Origin: Promethearchaeota archaeon
Lineage (GTDB): Archaea > Asgardarchaeota > Hermodarchaeia > Hermodarchaeales > Hermodarchaeaceae
Direction of reading: 5' to 3'
Assembly: GCA_048939625.1 (NCBI GenBank)
Contig: JBHLPH010000010.1
Coordinates: forward strand, 9,943-73,942
Length of the DNA: 64,000 nucleotides
The notes beneath the pieces were generated by a model. That model saw only the letters and a program-made list of their open reading frames with translations, ran no database searches and was not told where the DNA came from. The position numbers were made by a program, and so were the translations under genes. How positions within the stretch are numbered: the stretch's first letter is position 1; the number at the start of each line of letters is the position of its first letter. Below, in pieces: positions 28,604-38,236 of the stretch.

Positions 28604-29863
28604 ATGCCTCCCCGGAAAACAATGCCCAAACAGGCAGAAGTCAATATAGGATTAGTGGGCCATGTTGATCACGGAAAAACCACCTTAGCCAAGGCCCTTT
28701 CTGGGGAATGGACGGATCGCCATTCAGAAGAAATTCGCCGAGGAATCTCGATTAAATTAGGCTACGCTGATGTCACCTTCTATAAATGTACAAAATGCCG
28801 TGGACCAGCAGCCTATTCAACCTCCTCCAAATGTGCGAAGTGTGGAGGGACCGCTGAACCACTCCGACGAATATCACTTGTAGATGCACCTGGTCATGAA
28901 GTCTTGATGGCTACGATGATTTCGGGTGCGGCTTTAATGGATGGTGCATTGCTTCTTATTGCCGCTGATGAGAAATGCCCCCAACCCCAAACAAGAGAGC
29001 ACCTTGCTGCTCTCGAAATCATCGGTGTTGACAAAATTATAATCGCCCAAAACAAGGTAGAAGTTGTCTCCGAAAAAGAGGCTTTAGCAAATTACAAAGA
29101 AATCAAGCGATTCGTGACTGGTTCTATTGCTGAAAACGCCCCAATAATCCCAATCTCTGCTATGTTTGGTACCAACATCGATTTCCTCATCCAAACCATC
29201 GAAGAAGTCATTCCGACTCCGAAACGGGATTTACAGAAACCCGGATTATTCTATGTAGCTCGATCCTTTGATATTAACAAACCAGGGACACGACCAAAGG
29301 AATTACACGGAGGAGTAATTGGTGGAACCATCATTCAAGGCAAAGTCTCCGTAGGCGATGATCTTGAAATCCAACCCGGTATTCCTGTAAGGAAAGATAA
29401 GGGCGGGCTTTCATTTGAACCAATTCACACCACAGTCAAAAGCATTCAAACTGGAACGGGTATAGCCCTAAAAATAGCCCATCCTAGCGGACTTATCGGA
29501 ATGGGAACCAACCTTGACCCCTCCGTAACTCGCGCTGACGCCTTAATTGGGAACCTCGCTGGACCCGTCGGTCAGCTTCCCCCAATAGTTGAGGAAGTAA
29601 CACTAGAATCCCACCTACTGAAACGAGTTGTCGGATCAGTTGAACAGACTGCGGTACAACACATTAAGCAAAACGAAACTCTAATGCTAATTGTGGGATC
29701 CTCGGCAACAGTAGGAGAAGTCAAAAAGATAGGCTCGAAAAACCGGATTACATTTGTACTCCGAAAACCCGTTGCAGTCATTTCTAATCAACGAGTAGCG
29801 ATTAGTCGCCAAATCGAAATGCGGTGGCGATTAATTGGATGGGGCACCGTCATTGCTAATTAA
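28604..29863 (+). CDS. eif2g: Translation initiation factor aIF2 gamma
   Basis: NIGLVGHVDHGKTTL, HSEE..RGISIKLGYA, DAPGHE, PQPQTREH, WRLIGWG. Confidence 0.97.
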   Translation: MPPRKTMPKQAEVNIGLVGHVDHGKTTLAKALSGEWTDRHSEEIRRGISIKLGYADVTFYKCTKCRGPAAYSTSSKCAKCGGTAEPLRRISLVDAPGHEVLMATMISGAALMDGALLLIAADEKCPQPQTREHLAALEIIGVDKIIIAQNKVEVVSEKEALANYKEIKRFVTGSIAENAPIIPISAMFGTNIDFLIQTIEEVIPTPKRDLQKPGLFYVARSFDINKPGTRPKELHGGVIGGTIIQGKVSVGDDLEIQPGIPVRKDKGGLSFEPIHTTVKSIQTGTGIALKIAHPSGLIGMGTNLDPSVTRADALIGNLAGPVGQLPPIVEEVTLESHLLKRVVGSVEQTAVQHIKQNETLMLIVGSSATVGEVKKIGSKNRITFVLRKPVAVISNQRVAISRQIEMRWRLIGWGTVIAN

Positions 29864-30278
29864 TTCGAATACTCCTCGGGGCATCCAAGTCTTATTGGAT
29901 ACTAACTTTCTTCTGCTCCCTTTCCAACGCCAAATCGACATTTATGAGGAAATTCCCCGCCTATTAGGTGGTCAGGTGCAATTTCTTATTCTCCCTCAAA
30001 TCCTAACTGAATTAAAATGGTTGAAAACAAAAGCATCAGCTAAGGATAAAATTGCAGTAAAGAGTACAATGACAATGATTTCTCAACATTGCCAAATTGT
30101 CGAAAACCTTCCTCCCGCCATTCAGGATTTGGATGCTGATTCAGCCCTATTACGTTTAGCCCAAGAAACCGGTGCCATTGTTGCCACAAATGATAGCGAA
30201 TTGCGACGAAAACTGGTGAATCAGGGTTCTCGCGCCATATTTTTACGAAAACTAGCTGTACTAGCGCTTACTGAGTAG
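29835..30278 (+). CDS. PIN-domain (Fcf1/Utp24-like) nuclease
   Basis: LLDTNFL, EL, ADS, VATND.ELR; conserved position after aIF2 gamma; start uncertain. Confidence 0.85.
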   Translation: MDGAPSLLINSNTPRGIQVLLDTNFLLLPFQRQIDIYEEIPRLLGGQVQFLILPQILTELKWLKTKASAKDKIAVKSTMTMISQHCQIVENLPPAIQDLDADSALLRLAQETGAIVATNDSELRRKLVNQGSRAIFLRKLAVLALTE

Positions 30279-30365
30279 GATTGCTCCCAAAATCAGCTTC
30301 AATTCCATAAAATAGAAAAGCTTATCAGCCCGACTTGTAATCCGTCCGAAATCGGAGGCAAGACT

Positions 30366-30974
30366 ATCTACCAAGCTGTTACCATTAAAGGGCATGTGCG
30401 CATTCCGCCGAACCGATTCAGCGAAGACCTCTATGAGGTCGCCGAGGAAATTCTCCGCGAACAATACGAAGGCATCATTGATGTTGACCTCGGATTCATC
30501 ATCGCTGTCACAAATGTCGAAGATATCGGCGTGGGCAAAATCATTCCTGGTGACGGTGCCACCTACCACGATGTTAAACTCACAATTCTAACCTTTGAAC
30601 CAAAGGTCAATTTCCTTACTCAAGGTGAAGTTGTTGAAGTAGTAGATTTTGGCGCATTCATTCGCCTCGGACCTCTTGATGGGCTCTGCCACGTAAGTCA
30701 AATCACCGACGACTTCTTCTCCTACGATCCTCGAAGTGCTGCCCTGGTGGGGAAAGAAACCGGTCGAGTAATCTCTGAAGGCGATTTAGTTCGAACACGA
30801 ATTGTAGCCGTAAGTATCGATGGTGGCGCGCGAAGTGGAAAACTGGGCTTGACAATGCGACAGCCTTTTCTTGGCAAGTTCGAGTGGATTAAAGAAGAAA
30901 TTGCCAAATTAAAAGAATCCAAGCGAAAAGCAGAGAAAAAGAAAGAAGGTAAGGACAAACCGAAGGATAAATAA
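30366..30974 (+). CDS. rpoE1: RNA polymerase subunit E' (Rpo7); probable ATC start at 30366
   Basis: VRIPP, G.I..GDGA, FGAF.R.GP.DGL.H.SQI.DD, LTMRQP.LGK..W; GGAGG 7 nt before ATC-TAC. Confidence 0.93.
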   Translation: MYQAVTIKGHVRIPPNRFSEDLYEVAEEILREQYEGIIDVDLGFIIAVTNVEDIGVGKIIPGDGATYHDVKLTILTFEPKVNFLTQGEVVEVVDFGAFIRLGPLDGLCHVSQITDDFFSYDPRSAALVGKETGRVISEGDLVRTRIVAVSIDGGARSGKLGLTMRQPFLGKFEWIKEEIAKLKESKRKAEKKKEGKDKPKDK

Positions 30975-31018
30975 CAGCTGTTCCTTGTTCTCCATCCGAT
31001 TAACAGAGAGTGATGTAA

Positions 31019-31207
31019 ATGGCAAAGCGAAAAGCGTGTAAAGTCTGTCATGTCATGACCACCAAGTCCCACTGCCCAGTCTGTAAAAGCACCAATCTTT
31101 CTGAAAGCTTTTCCGGGCTCGTACTGATTTTTGATCCGGAGCATTCGATGATCGCAAAGAAGCTTAACATCACGAAAGATGGAGAATACGCTCTCCAAGT
31201 CCGTTAG
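31019..31207 (+). CDS. spt4: Transcription elongation factor Spt4 (RpoE'')
   Basis: ACKVC...CPVC, S..F.G...I.DPE.S.IA, G.YAL.VR. Confidence 0.95.
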   Translation: MAKRKACKVCHVMTTKSHCPVCKSTNLSESFSGLVLIFDPEHSMIAKKLNITKDGEYALQVR

Positions 31208-31216
31208 GTGAAGTAG

Positions 31217-31780
31217 TTGGCTGCCACGCAGCTGCGACAATGTACTTTAGTTCTCCCAAAACATCTCCGTGAATCCCTAAAAGGCCCCAAGGGTAAACTC
31301 TTTTCACGAAAAGACTTAGGCGCAGCGAAAGATGCCTGTACCTATATTCGCAAACACAAACTAAGTCCAGTCATTGCAGTCGGTGACCTTGTATCGATTA
31401 ATCTCATGAAAGTTGATTGCCAAGCCACTCTGTCAATTATAGATGGGAAAACCAAGCGAAATGATTCTATCGAGTATGGTATTCCGACAGATGTAACTTT
31501 CACCGCGACCAACGCTGCTACAGAAATTCGACCTGAGGTGTGGATAGCTATTGAACTTGCTCTTGCAGCAGGACAAACTGGGAAAACTGCGAAACTCTTA
31601 ATAGAGGGCGAAGAGGACCTAACGGCACTACCCGCAGTGGCTCTTGCACCCAATGGGTCTGCCGTTGTTTATGGACTTCCTGATCAAGGCATCGTTGTTA
31701 TCAAAGTAGCCTCAGAGCATAAACAGGCGGTTCACACAATACTGCAAAAAATGGTGCAAAAAAATGAAAATCAAGATTGA
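31217..31780 (+). CDS. GTP-dependent dephospho-CoA kinase (DUF359)
   Basis: VGD.V, IIDGKTKR, GEEDL.ALP, YG.P..G; position between spt4 and eS24. Confidence 0.88.
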   Translation: MAATQLRQCTLVLPKHLRESLKGPKGKLFSRKDLGAAKDACTYIRKHKLSPVIAVGDLVSINLMKVDCQATLSIIDGKTKRNDSIEYGIPTDVTFTATNAATEIRPEVWIAIELALAAGQTGKTAKLLIEGEEDLTALPAVALAPNGSAVVYGLPDQGIVVIKVASEHKQAVHTILQKMVQKNENQD

Positions 31781-32306
31781 AGAAAAACAGGAGAACCCCC
31801 TCCTCAACCGACAGGACATCTCATTCCAAGTTGACCATTCTGGGGTAGCAACCCCTCCACGTATTGATGTCCGAGCTAAACTTGCTGCCATGCTGAACTG
31901 CAAGGAAGATCAGCTTTACATCGTGAAATTGAATGGCCTGTACGGGCAATCCGTCGCCCATGGTTATGCCCATCTTTATCCCTCAAAGGAAGTTGCCCTC
32001 TTACAAGAACAGAAACATTTGATTAAGCGGCATGCTACCAAAGAAGAAGCTGCTACTCCAGCAATGGAAATCCCCGAGCCTGCTCCAAAGGAAACACCGG
32101 AAGAAGAAAAACCTGAGCCAAAAGCAGAGAAACCAGTAAAAGAAAAAGAGCCAAAAAAGCCTCCTGCAAAAGAAGCCCCGAAGGAAGAGCAAAAGAAAGA
32201 GGAACCCAAGGCCGCTCCCCCTAAAAAGGCCGCTCCTCCTAAAGAGAAGCCGAAGCCTAAAGAGAAGAAGGCAGAAAAGCCTTCTGGGGAGAAGACCACT
32301 TCATAA
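31764..32306 (+). CDS. rps24e: 30S ribosomal protein eS24 with Lys/Glu/Pro-rich tail
   Basis: NPLLNR, H.G..TP.R, GYA.LY. Confidence 0.93.
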   Translation: MKIKIEEKQENPLLNRQDISFQVDHSGVATPPRIDVRAKLAAMLNCKEDQLYIVKLNGLYGQSVAHGYAHLYPSKEVALLQEQKHLIKRHATKEEAATPAMEIPEPAPKETPEEEKPEPKAEKPVKEKEPKKPPAKEAPKEEQKKEEPKAAPPKKAAPPKEKPKPKEKKAEKPSGEKTTS

Positions 32307-32332
32307 TCAAAAATCCCGAAAGGTGAACTCTG

Positions 32333-32515
32333 ATGACAAAAACCCATGAATATTACTCAGTTGGAAAGGATGGGAAACTCGAACGCAAACGAAGGTCCTG
32401 CCCCCGATGTGGTGAAGGGTCCTTCATGGCCGAACATAGCAACCGATTCCACTGTGGTAGCTGTGGCTTCACGGAATTTAAACACTCCAAGAAGGAAAAG
32501 GAGAAAGAAACTTAG
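32333..32515 (+). CDS. rps27ae: 30S ribosomal protein eS31 (S27ae)
   Basis: CPRCG.G.FMAEH..R.HCG.CG.T. Confidence 0.96.
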   Translation: MTKTHEYYSVGKDGKLERKRRSCPRCGEGSFMAEHSNRFHCGSCGFTEFKHSKKEKEKET

Positions 32516-32600
32516 ACAATCCGACCCAATAATCATTTCGTGGGTCATTACCGTTACATCCAATAGGAATCAACTTGCTATTAGGTCTGGATAAATCACA

Positions 32601-33587
32601 ATGGCTGTTCTTGGGATTGAAAGTACCGCACATACACTTGGCATTGGAATTGTCGATACTTCTGGGCAAATACTAGCGGATATCAAATCAGTATACACGC
32701 CTCAAGAAGGCGGTATCCACCCTCGAGAGGCTGCTGAACACCACCAGAGAAATGTGCTAGCTGTGTTGCAGGAAGCATTTGAGCAATCTGGCCTTCTCTC
32801 CACCCAACTTAAAGGTATTGCATTTTCTCAAGGTCCAGGTCTGCCACCTGCCCTCCGTATTGGCGCTGTCCTTGCCCGAAGTCTTGCAAGAAGCTTGGAT
32901 GTCCCACTTCTCGGGGTCAACCATTGTGTTGCCCATATTGAGCAAGCCCGATTCTTTACAGAAGCAAAGCACCCGCTTGTAATTTATCTGTCAGGTGGAA
33001 ATACTCAGATAACCACCCTTGCGGCTCACCGATATCGAATTTTCGGAGAAACCCTCGATATTGCTCTCGGTAACATGCTTGATATGTTCGCTCGAGAAGC
33101 CAATCTCGCACATCCCGGTGGTCCCAAAATCGAACAATTAGCTAAACAAGCAAAGAATGGATACCATGTCTTACCATATACAGTGAAGGGCATGGATCTA
33201 GCCTTCTCTGGACTCTTAACTGCAGCAAAGCATCTGCTTGAAAATGGAGTTCCTCTCGAAGAAGCCTGTTATAGTCTTCAAGAAACGGCTTTTTCCATGG
33301 TTGCAGAGGTATCCGAACGAGCTTTAGCCCATACTCAACGTAATGAAATGATCGTGACGGGTGGAGTAGCTGCTAATTCACGCCTTAAAGAAATGCTACA
33401 AATCGTTGCAGAAGAACACTCAGCTCAATTCGCTTCAGTTCCTCCTAAATACGCAGGTGATAACGGTACAATGATTGCCTATAATGGTCTGCTCCTATTA
33501 CAATCGGGAGGACAGACCTCGTTCTCTGAAAGCATGATTTTACCTAAATGGCGATTAGATCAAGTCGATATTCCATGGGAGGCATGA
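32601..33587 (+). CDS. kae1: KEOPS t6A transferase Kae1
   Basis: LGIESTAH, GIHPREAA.HH, VNHCVAHIE, SGGNTQ, GETLDI, GDNG.MIA. Confidence 0.96.
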   Translation: MAVLGIESTAHTLGIGIVDTSGQILADIKSVYTPQEGGIHPREAAEHHQRNVLAVLQEAFEQSGLLSTQLKGIAFSQGPGLPPALRIGAVLARSLARSLDVPLLGVNHCVAHIEQARFFTEAKHPLVIYLSGGNTQITTLAAHRYRIFGETLDIALGNMLDMFAREANLAHPGGPKIEQLAKQAKNGYHVLPYTVKGMDLAFSGLLTAAKHLLENGVPLEEACYSLQETAFSMVAEVSERALAHTQRNEMIVTGGVAANSRLKEMLQIVAEEHSAQFASVPPKYAGDNGTMIAYNGLLLLQSGGQTSFSESMILPKWRLDQVDIPWEA

Positions 33588-33594
33588 AATCTCG

Positions 33595-34236
33595 ATGTCC
33601 AAATTAATCGCTAAAGGCGCGGAAGCATCCCTTTATCTCGAGACCTTTTATGGACATGCAGTTATTCGCAAACACCGTCGTCCCAAACCGTATCGGCTTC
33701 CCCAACTTGATTCCAAACTCCGCGGTGAACGTACCATTCGTGAAGCTCGCCTGCTTTCTGCAGCGCGTCAAATTGGTGTAGCCACGCCCGTACTCTATCA
33801 GATTGATGTGGACTCAGCAACCATTATCATGGAATATATTGATGGCGACCGAGTGAAGGAAATGATTCCCGGAATCCCACCAGCTAAGCGACGCACACTA
33901 TTCCAAAAGATTGGTCAATCCGTGGGGACTTTACACCGCAATGAAATTGCTCATGGTGACTTGACCACCTCTAATATACTCATGCGCAATCCGCAGTGCA
34001 TTTATTTCATTGATTTTGGTTTAGCCATGAACACACAAAATATTGAAGATTTTGGAACGGATATCCATTTGCTGCATCGAGCACTTCTTAGTACTCATTA
34101 TCCCCACTGGGAAGACTGTTATAGGGCATTTCAAGAAGGGTACCGCACTACCTTCGGAGAAAGCAGTGATGATGTTTTCCGCAAGGTAGAAGCGATTGAA
34201 AGTCGAGGACGATACATTACTGAGAGAATCCGGTGA
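33595..34236 (+). CDS. bud32: KEOPS kinase Bud32
   Basis: KGAEA, K.YR...LD, HGDLTTSN, IDFGL, RGRY. Confidence 0.95.
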   Translation: MSKLIAKGAEASLYLETFYGHAVIRKHRRPKPYRLPQLDSKLRGERTIREARLLSAARQIGVATPVLYQIDVDSATIIMEYIDGDRVKEMIPGIPPAKRRTLFQKIGQSVGTLHRNEIAHGDLTTSNILMRNPQCIYFIDFGLAMNTQNIEDFGTDIHLLHRALLSTHYPHWEDCYRAFQEGYRTTFGESSDDVFRKVEAIESRGRYITERIR

Positions 34237-34241
34237 ATTGC

Positions 34242-34820
34242 ATGCCACAACCTCTCCTCCTGTTTGTAACCGGGAACAAAAATAAATTCGCAGAAGCACA
34301 AAAAATCACAAATCGTGCTGGTATTCGTATTAAACAGTTTCATGAGCGTCCAACCGAAATCCAATCCAGCTCTTTGCACGACATTGCCTACCACAGTTGC
34401 CAAGAAGTCCTCAAACAAGTTCAACAGCCTCTGTTTGTCGAAGATGCTGGTATGTTCATTAATCGGTTCAATGGCTTTCCGGGACCCTACTCGTCCTATG
34501 TTTTGAAAACACTCGGTAATCCAGGACTTCTAAAACTCATGGAGAGAGAGAAGAACCGGGTCGCTGCTTTTCGCAGCGTGATTGCTTATGGAGAACCTAA
34601 TCGTGAAATCCAGCTATTCGAAGGAGAAACTCGAGGTACCATTTCCCATAGACTTCGTGGAACCGAATGGGGATTTGATCCGATTTTTGTTCCCGATGAA
34701 GGGGATGGCTCCACTTATGCCGAGATGCCTGATGACATGAAAAACCGTATTTCTCATCGAGCCAAATCCTTAGCCAAGTTTGTCCAATGGTACCTGAAGT
34801 ATGGTCCACAGACCACATAA
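34242..34820 (+). CDS. rdgB: Non-canonical purine NTP pyrophosphatase (Ham1/RdgB)
   Basis: TGN..KF.E, EDAG, GFPGPY, GFDPIF.P, KN.ISHR. Confidence 0.94.
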   Translation: MPQPLLLFVTGNKNKFAEAQKITNRAGIRIKQFHERPTEIQSSSLHDIAYHSCQEVLKQVQQPLFVEDAGMFINRFNGFPGPYSSYVLKTLGNPGLLKLMEREKNRVAAFRSVIAYGEPNREIQLFEGETRGTISHRLRGTEWGFDPIFVPDEGDGSTYAEMPDDMKNRISHRAKSLAKFVQWYLKYGPQTT

Positions 34821-34825
34821 CAGGG

Positions 34826-36101
34826 ATTTTCTTCGTGTACTTTTAAAGCCATTTTAGTGAAACAAATAATGTTGAAATGAATATTCATAAGGGGTATAAG
34901 ACTGAGTTAAAGCTGAATGAAAGGCAAAAAGAGTTATGCAGAAGACATGCAGGTTGTGCTCGGTTTGCATATAATTGGGGATTACTTAGAAAAATTACTG
35001 AATACAAAGAAACCGGTTCTCAGATTAGTGCGATTGATCTTCACAAAGAGTTGAATCAACTCAAGAAAACACATTACAAGTGGATGTATGAGGTTTCAAA
35101 ATGCGCTCCCCAAGAAGCGCTACGAAATCTTGACAAAGCATTTATGCAATTTTTTCAACGCATTCAAAGGGATGAGAAGCCTGGGTTTCCAAAATTTAAA
35201 TCGAGAAAACGGGGCATCGGCTCTTTTAGATTAACAGGGGTGATTCGAGTTTTTCAAGATTCAATTCAATTACCTCGACTTGGGAGGCTTCGGCTAAAGG
35301 AATCTGGATACCTACCCCCTGAATCGCAATGTATTCATATTCTCTCAGCAACTATTTCAGAAAAAGCGGGTCGCTGGTTTGTATCACTTCAGGTGCAGGA
35401 AGATATACTTGTAAAACAAAATTTCGGTCCCGTTGTTGGTATAGATGTTGGAGTTTGTTCATTGGTTACAATTTCTGATAGAACTGTTGTTGAAAATCCA
35501 AAAGCTCTGAATCGATTTGAGAGAAAAATAAAACGAAATCAAAAGGAGTTAGCTAGAAGAAAGCATGGGAGTAAAAATTGGGAAAAGACTCTTCACAGAT
35601 TAAGGAAAACCTATTCACGAATCACACGGATTCGAAAGGATGCAATTCACAAAGTAACGACTAAATTGGCGAAAACCAAGTCAATTGTAGTTATTGAGGA
35701 TCTTAATGTGGAAGGCATGCGTAAGAATCGTCGTCTATCGAAATCAATCTCTGATGCAGGATTCTCCGAGATTCGTCGTCAATTGGAGTATAAAACAAAA
35801 TGGTATGGATCAAAACTCAAGTTAGCACCTAGGTTTTATCCATCATCCAAAAGATGTTCACGGTGTGGCTTGATTAAGAATAAACTCTCTTTGTCAACAA
35901 GAATTTATCAATGCAAAAACTGCGGATTAGAAATTGATCGTGATCTAAATGCAAGTTTTAATTTAGAATTAGTCGCCGTGAGTCCCACGGAGACGATAAA
36001 TGCCTGTTTTGAGATGGAAGGTTACAGCCGTCTGGCAGTGCCATCAATGATGCAGGAACCGAGAAGGAGTTCAAATGAACTCTAAAGGAATCGGGGGACG
36101 G
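34826..36101 (+). mobile_element. Stand-alone tnpB insertion element (IS607/IS1341-like, no transposase gene); ends approximate
   Basis: AT-richer segment between rdgB and uS15; GGAT at both junctions (34824-27, 36100-03); hairpins at 35972-35994 and 36067-36082. Confidence 0.65.
34877..36085 (+). CDS. tnpB: RNA-guided endonuclease TnpB
   Basis: N-terminal HTH (GCARFAYN); RuvC residues GIDVG, IEDL, DRDLNA; zinc finger CSRCG...CKNCG. Confidence 0.95.
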   Translation: MNIHKGYKTELKLNERQKELCRRHAGCARFAYNWGLLRKITEYKETGSQISAIDLHKELNQLKKTHYKWMYEVSKCAPQEALRNLDKAFMQFFQRIQRDEKPGFPKFKSRKRGIGSFRLTGVIRVFQDSIQLPRLGRLRLKESGYLPPESQCIHILSATISEKAGRWFVSLQVQEDILVKQNFGPVVGIDVGVCSLVTISDRTVVENPKALNRFERKIKRNQKELARRKHGSKNWEKTLHRLRKTYSRITRIRKDAIHKVTTKLAKTKSIVVIEDLNVEGMRKNRRLSKSISDAGFSEIRRQLEYKTKWYGSKLKLAPRFYPSSKRCSRCGLIKNKLSLSTRIYQCKNCGLEIDRDLNASFNLELVAVSPTETINACFEMEGYSRLAVPSMMQEPRRSSNEL

Positions 36102-36194
36102 ATACAATTAAATAGCGTTGTCTATTCCTGCTCTCCGGTGCTCTGCACCTAAAGCTCCTGTTCATGCAGGTTACTCATCAAATTGGTGTATTGA

Positions 36195-36650
36195 ATGGCT
36201 CGAATGCATTCACCCCGAAAGGGCAGGTCTCATTCCAAACGCCCAATCCGGCTGGAAACCCCTGATTGGTGTCAACGGACACCAGAGGAGGTTGAAGAGC
36301 TAGTTGTGAAATTAGCAAAGGAAGGTCATCAACCATCCATGATTGGGCTTAAACTACGGGATCAATATGGTATTCCACTCACTAAGGCTATTACCGGAAA
36401 AACCATCACACAGATTCTCAACGAGAATGAGCAAGCACTTCGGGTTCCTGAAGATCTCTTCCACCTCATTAATCGGGCCGTTACCCTTCGACGACACCTT
36501 GAAGAGTCGAAAAAGGACCTACACTCTCGATACGGGCTTCGGCTAATTGAGAGTAAAATTCGACGCCTAGTGAAATATTACCGTCGACGAGGTGTTCTCC
36601 CTCAAGACTGGAAATACACACCAGAGCAAGCCGCGCTCCTCATTCGCTAG
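36195..36650 (+). CDS. rps15: 30S ribosomal protein uS15
   Basis: MARMH...[28 protein letters not shown]. Confidence 0.97.
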   Translation: MARMHSPRKGRSHSKRPIRLETPDWCQRTPEEVEELVVKLAKEGHQPSMIGLKLRDQYGIPLTKAITGKTITQILNENEQALRVPEDLFHLINRAVTLRRHLEESKKDLHSRYGLRLIESKIRRLVKYYRRRGVLPQDWKYTPEQAALLIR

Positions 36651-36676
36651 GCGTAGAGGATTGTTGGCTGATTTCC

Positions 36677-38173
36677 TTGACAAAAGATTTAGACCGCCTT
36701 TTAGAAGTTGCAGATTCGGCAGCCGGTCGAATCAATGACTGGATTGAAGCAAACGAACCTGTTTTTATCACATCACACCTTGATGCTGATGGTATTTCCG
36801 CTGCTGGCATCATCGCCTCAGCTCTACATCGTCGAAATGCATCATTTCAGCTTCGAATCACTCGCCAGCTTGACCAACTCTTTTTGTCTGAATTACGTAC
36901 TAATGGTTCTAAACGACTCATTTTCTGTGATTTAGGTAGTGGACAACTGCCGCTAATAGAGAAAGAATTGAATGATGCAGAGATACTAATCTTAGATCAT
37001 CATCCTCCACACAAAAAGAAACCTGCATCCAATATCCGGCAAGTCAACCCACACGAGTCAGGTTTTGATGCAACCTATGAGATATCAGGCGCAGGTGTCG
37101 CTTATCTTGTTGCCCGACATCTTGGCAACTCAAATGAAGATTTAGCTGGATTAGCAGTCGTTGGGGCGCTAGGCGATATTCAAGATAGAGGAAAACAGCA
37201 TGATTTCGTAGGTCTGAATCGCGAAATTATTGTCGAAGATGCTATTGCTAGCGGTGTCATCGACCGCTCCATTGATATGCGTATTTTCGGACGCGAAACT
37301 CGTCCTATTCATGTTGCCCTCCAATATAGTAGTGATCCCTATATTCCTGGAATTAGTAACGACCCTGAAGGGGCCTTGAATTTCCTTGCTGACCTCGATA
37401 TTGACCTGCGAGATGGTGATGAATGGCGAACTATAGCATCTCTCTCAAAGGAAGAAAAACGTAAACTCAACTCTGAACTTGTCACTTATATGCTCAAACA
37501 GAATATCCCTCCACGAGAAGCCCAATCGCTTATCGGTGTTGTCTTTACTCTTACCCGTGAAGAAAAAGGGAGCTATCTCCGAGACGCTCGGATGTTCTCC
37601 ACACTACTCAACGCAACAGGGCGGTCTAATCAAGGAGGAATCGGCGTCGCAATCTGTATGGGTGACAGACAAGACCTCCTCCGGAAAGCTGAAACTATTC
37701 TGAAAGAATACCGCGAACAACTGGCTTTAGGCCTCCAATGGCTAACAGATGATGCTGACGCTGTAACGAAGATGCAACTGATACAGACATTCCATGCCAA
37801 AAATCGTGTTCCAGATACAATTGTCGGATCCATCGCAGGCATGGCTCTAAACTCGCGAATTCTTGACTGGTCCAAACCAGTCATCGCCTTTGTGTATTCC
37901 CGAGATGGCCGAGTTAAAGTATCAGGACGAACGACACGCCGAATCGTTGAAGCAGGAGCTGATCTTGGCCAAGCCATGAAACAGGCAACAGAGGAAATCG
38001 GTAGTGGCTCAGAGGGAGGTGGTCACAACATCGCCGCTGGTGCTACCATTCCGCGCGGTCAAGAAGAGCAGTTTCTAAAAATTATCGAAAGGATTCTCCG
38101 AAAACAATTGGGTCGAATGAAAGAGCTCAGTGTTCAACCTGATGAGAATGCGAATGAGGAAACAATTAAATAG
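36677..38173 (+). CDS. RecJ/GAN-like DHH-DHHA1 phosphoesterase
   Basis: HLDADG, DLGSG, LDHH, GALGD.Q, GGGH..AAGA; position between uS15 and eS1. Confidence 0.9.
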   Translation: MTKDLDRLLEVADSAAGRINDWIEANEPVFITSHLDADGISAAGIIASALHRRNASFQLRITRQLDQLFLSELRTNGSKRLIFCDLGSGQLPLIEKELNDAEILILDHHPPHKKKPASNIRQVNPHESGFDATYEISGAGVAYLVARHLGNSNEDLAGLAVVGALGDIQDRGKQHDFVGLNREIIVEDAIASGVIDRSIDMRIFGRETRPIHVALQYSSDPYIPGISNDPEGALNFLADLDIDLRDGDEWRTIASLSKEEKRKLNSELVTYMLKQNIPPREAQSLIGVVFTLTREEKGSYLRDARMFSTLLNATGRSNQGGIGVAICMGDRQDLLRKAETILKEYREQLALGLQWLTDDADAVTKMQLIQTFHAKNRVPDTIVGSIAGMALNSRILDWSKPVIAFVYSRDGRVKVSGRTTRRIVEAGADLGQAMKQATEEIGSGSEGGGHNIAAGATIPRGQEEQFLKIIERILRKQLGRMKELSVQPDENANEETIK

Positions 38174-38236
38174 CCGCGGCAAGGTTTTGCCCTTCACACT
38201 TCCCAAAAAAGACTAGACTTTGAAAGGTAACTAATT

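Noticed and set aside
32333-32515. Ubiquitin-eS31 fusion
   Set aside because: No ubiquitin-like sequence upstream; eS31 is stand-alone.
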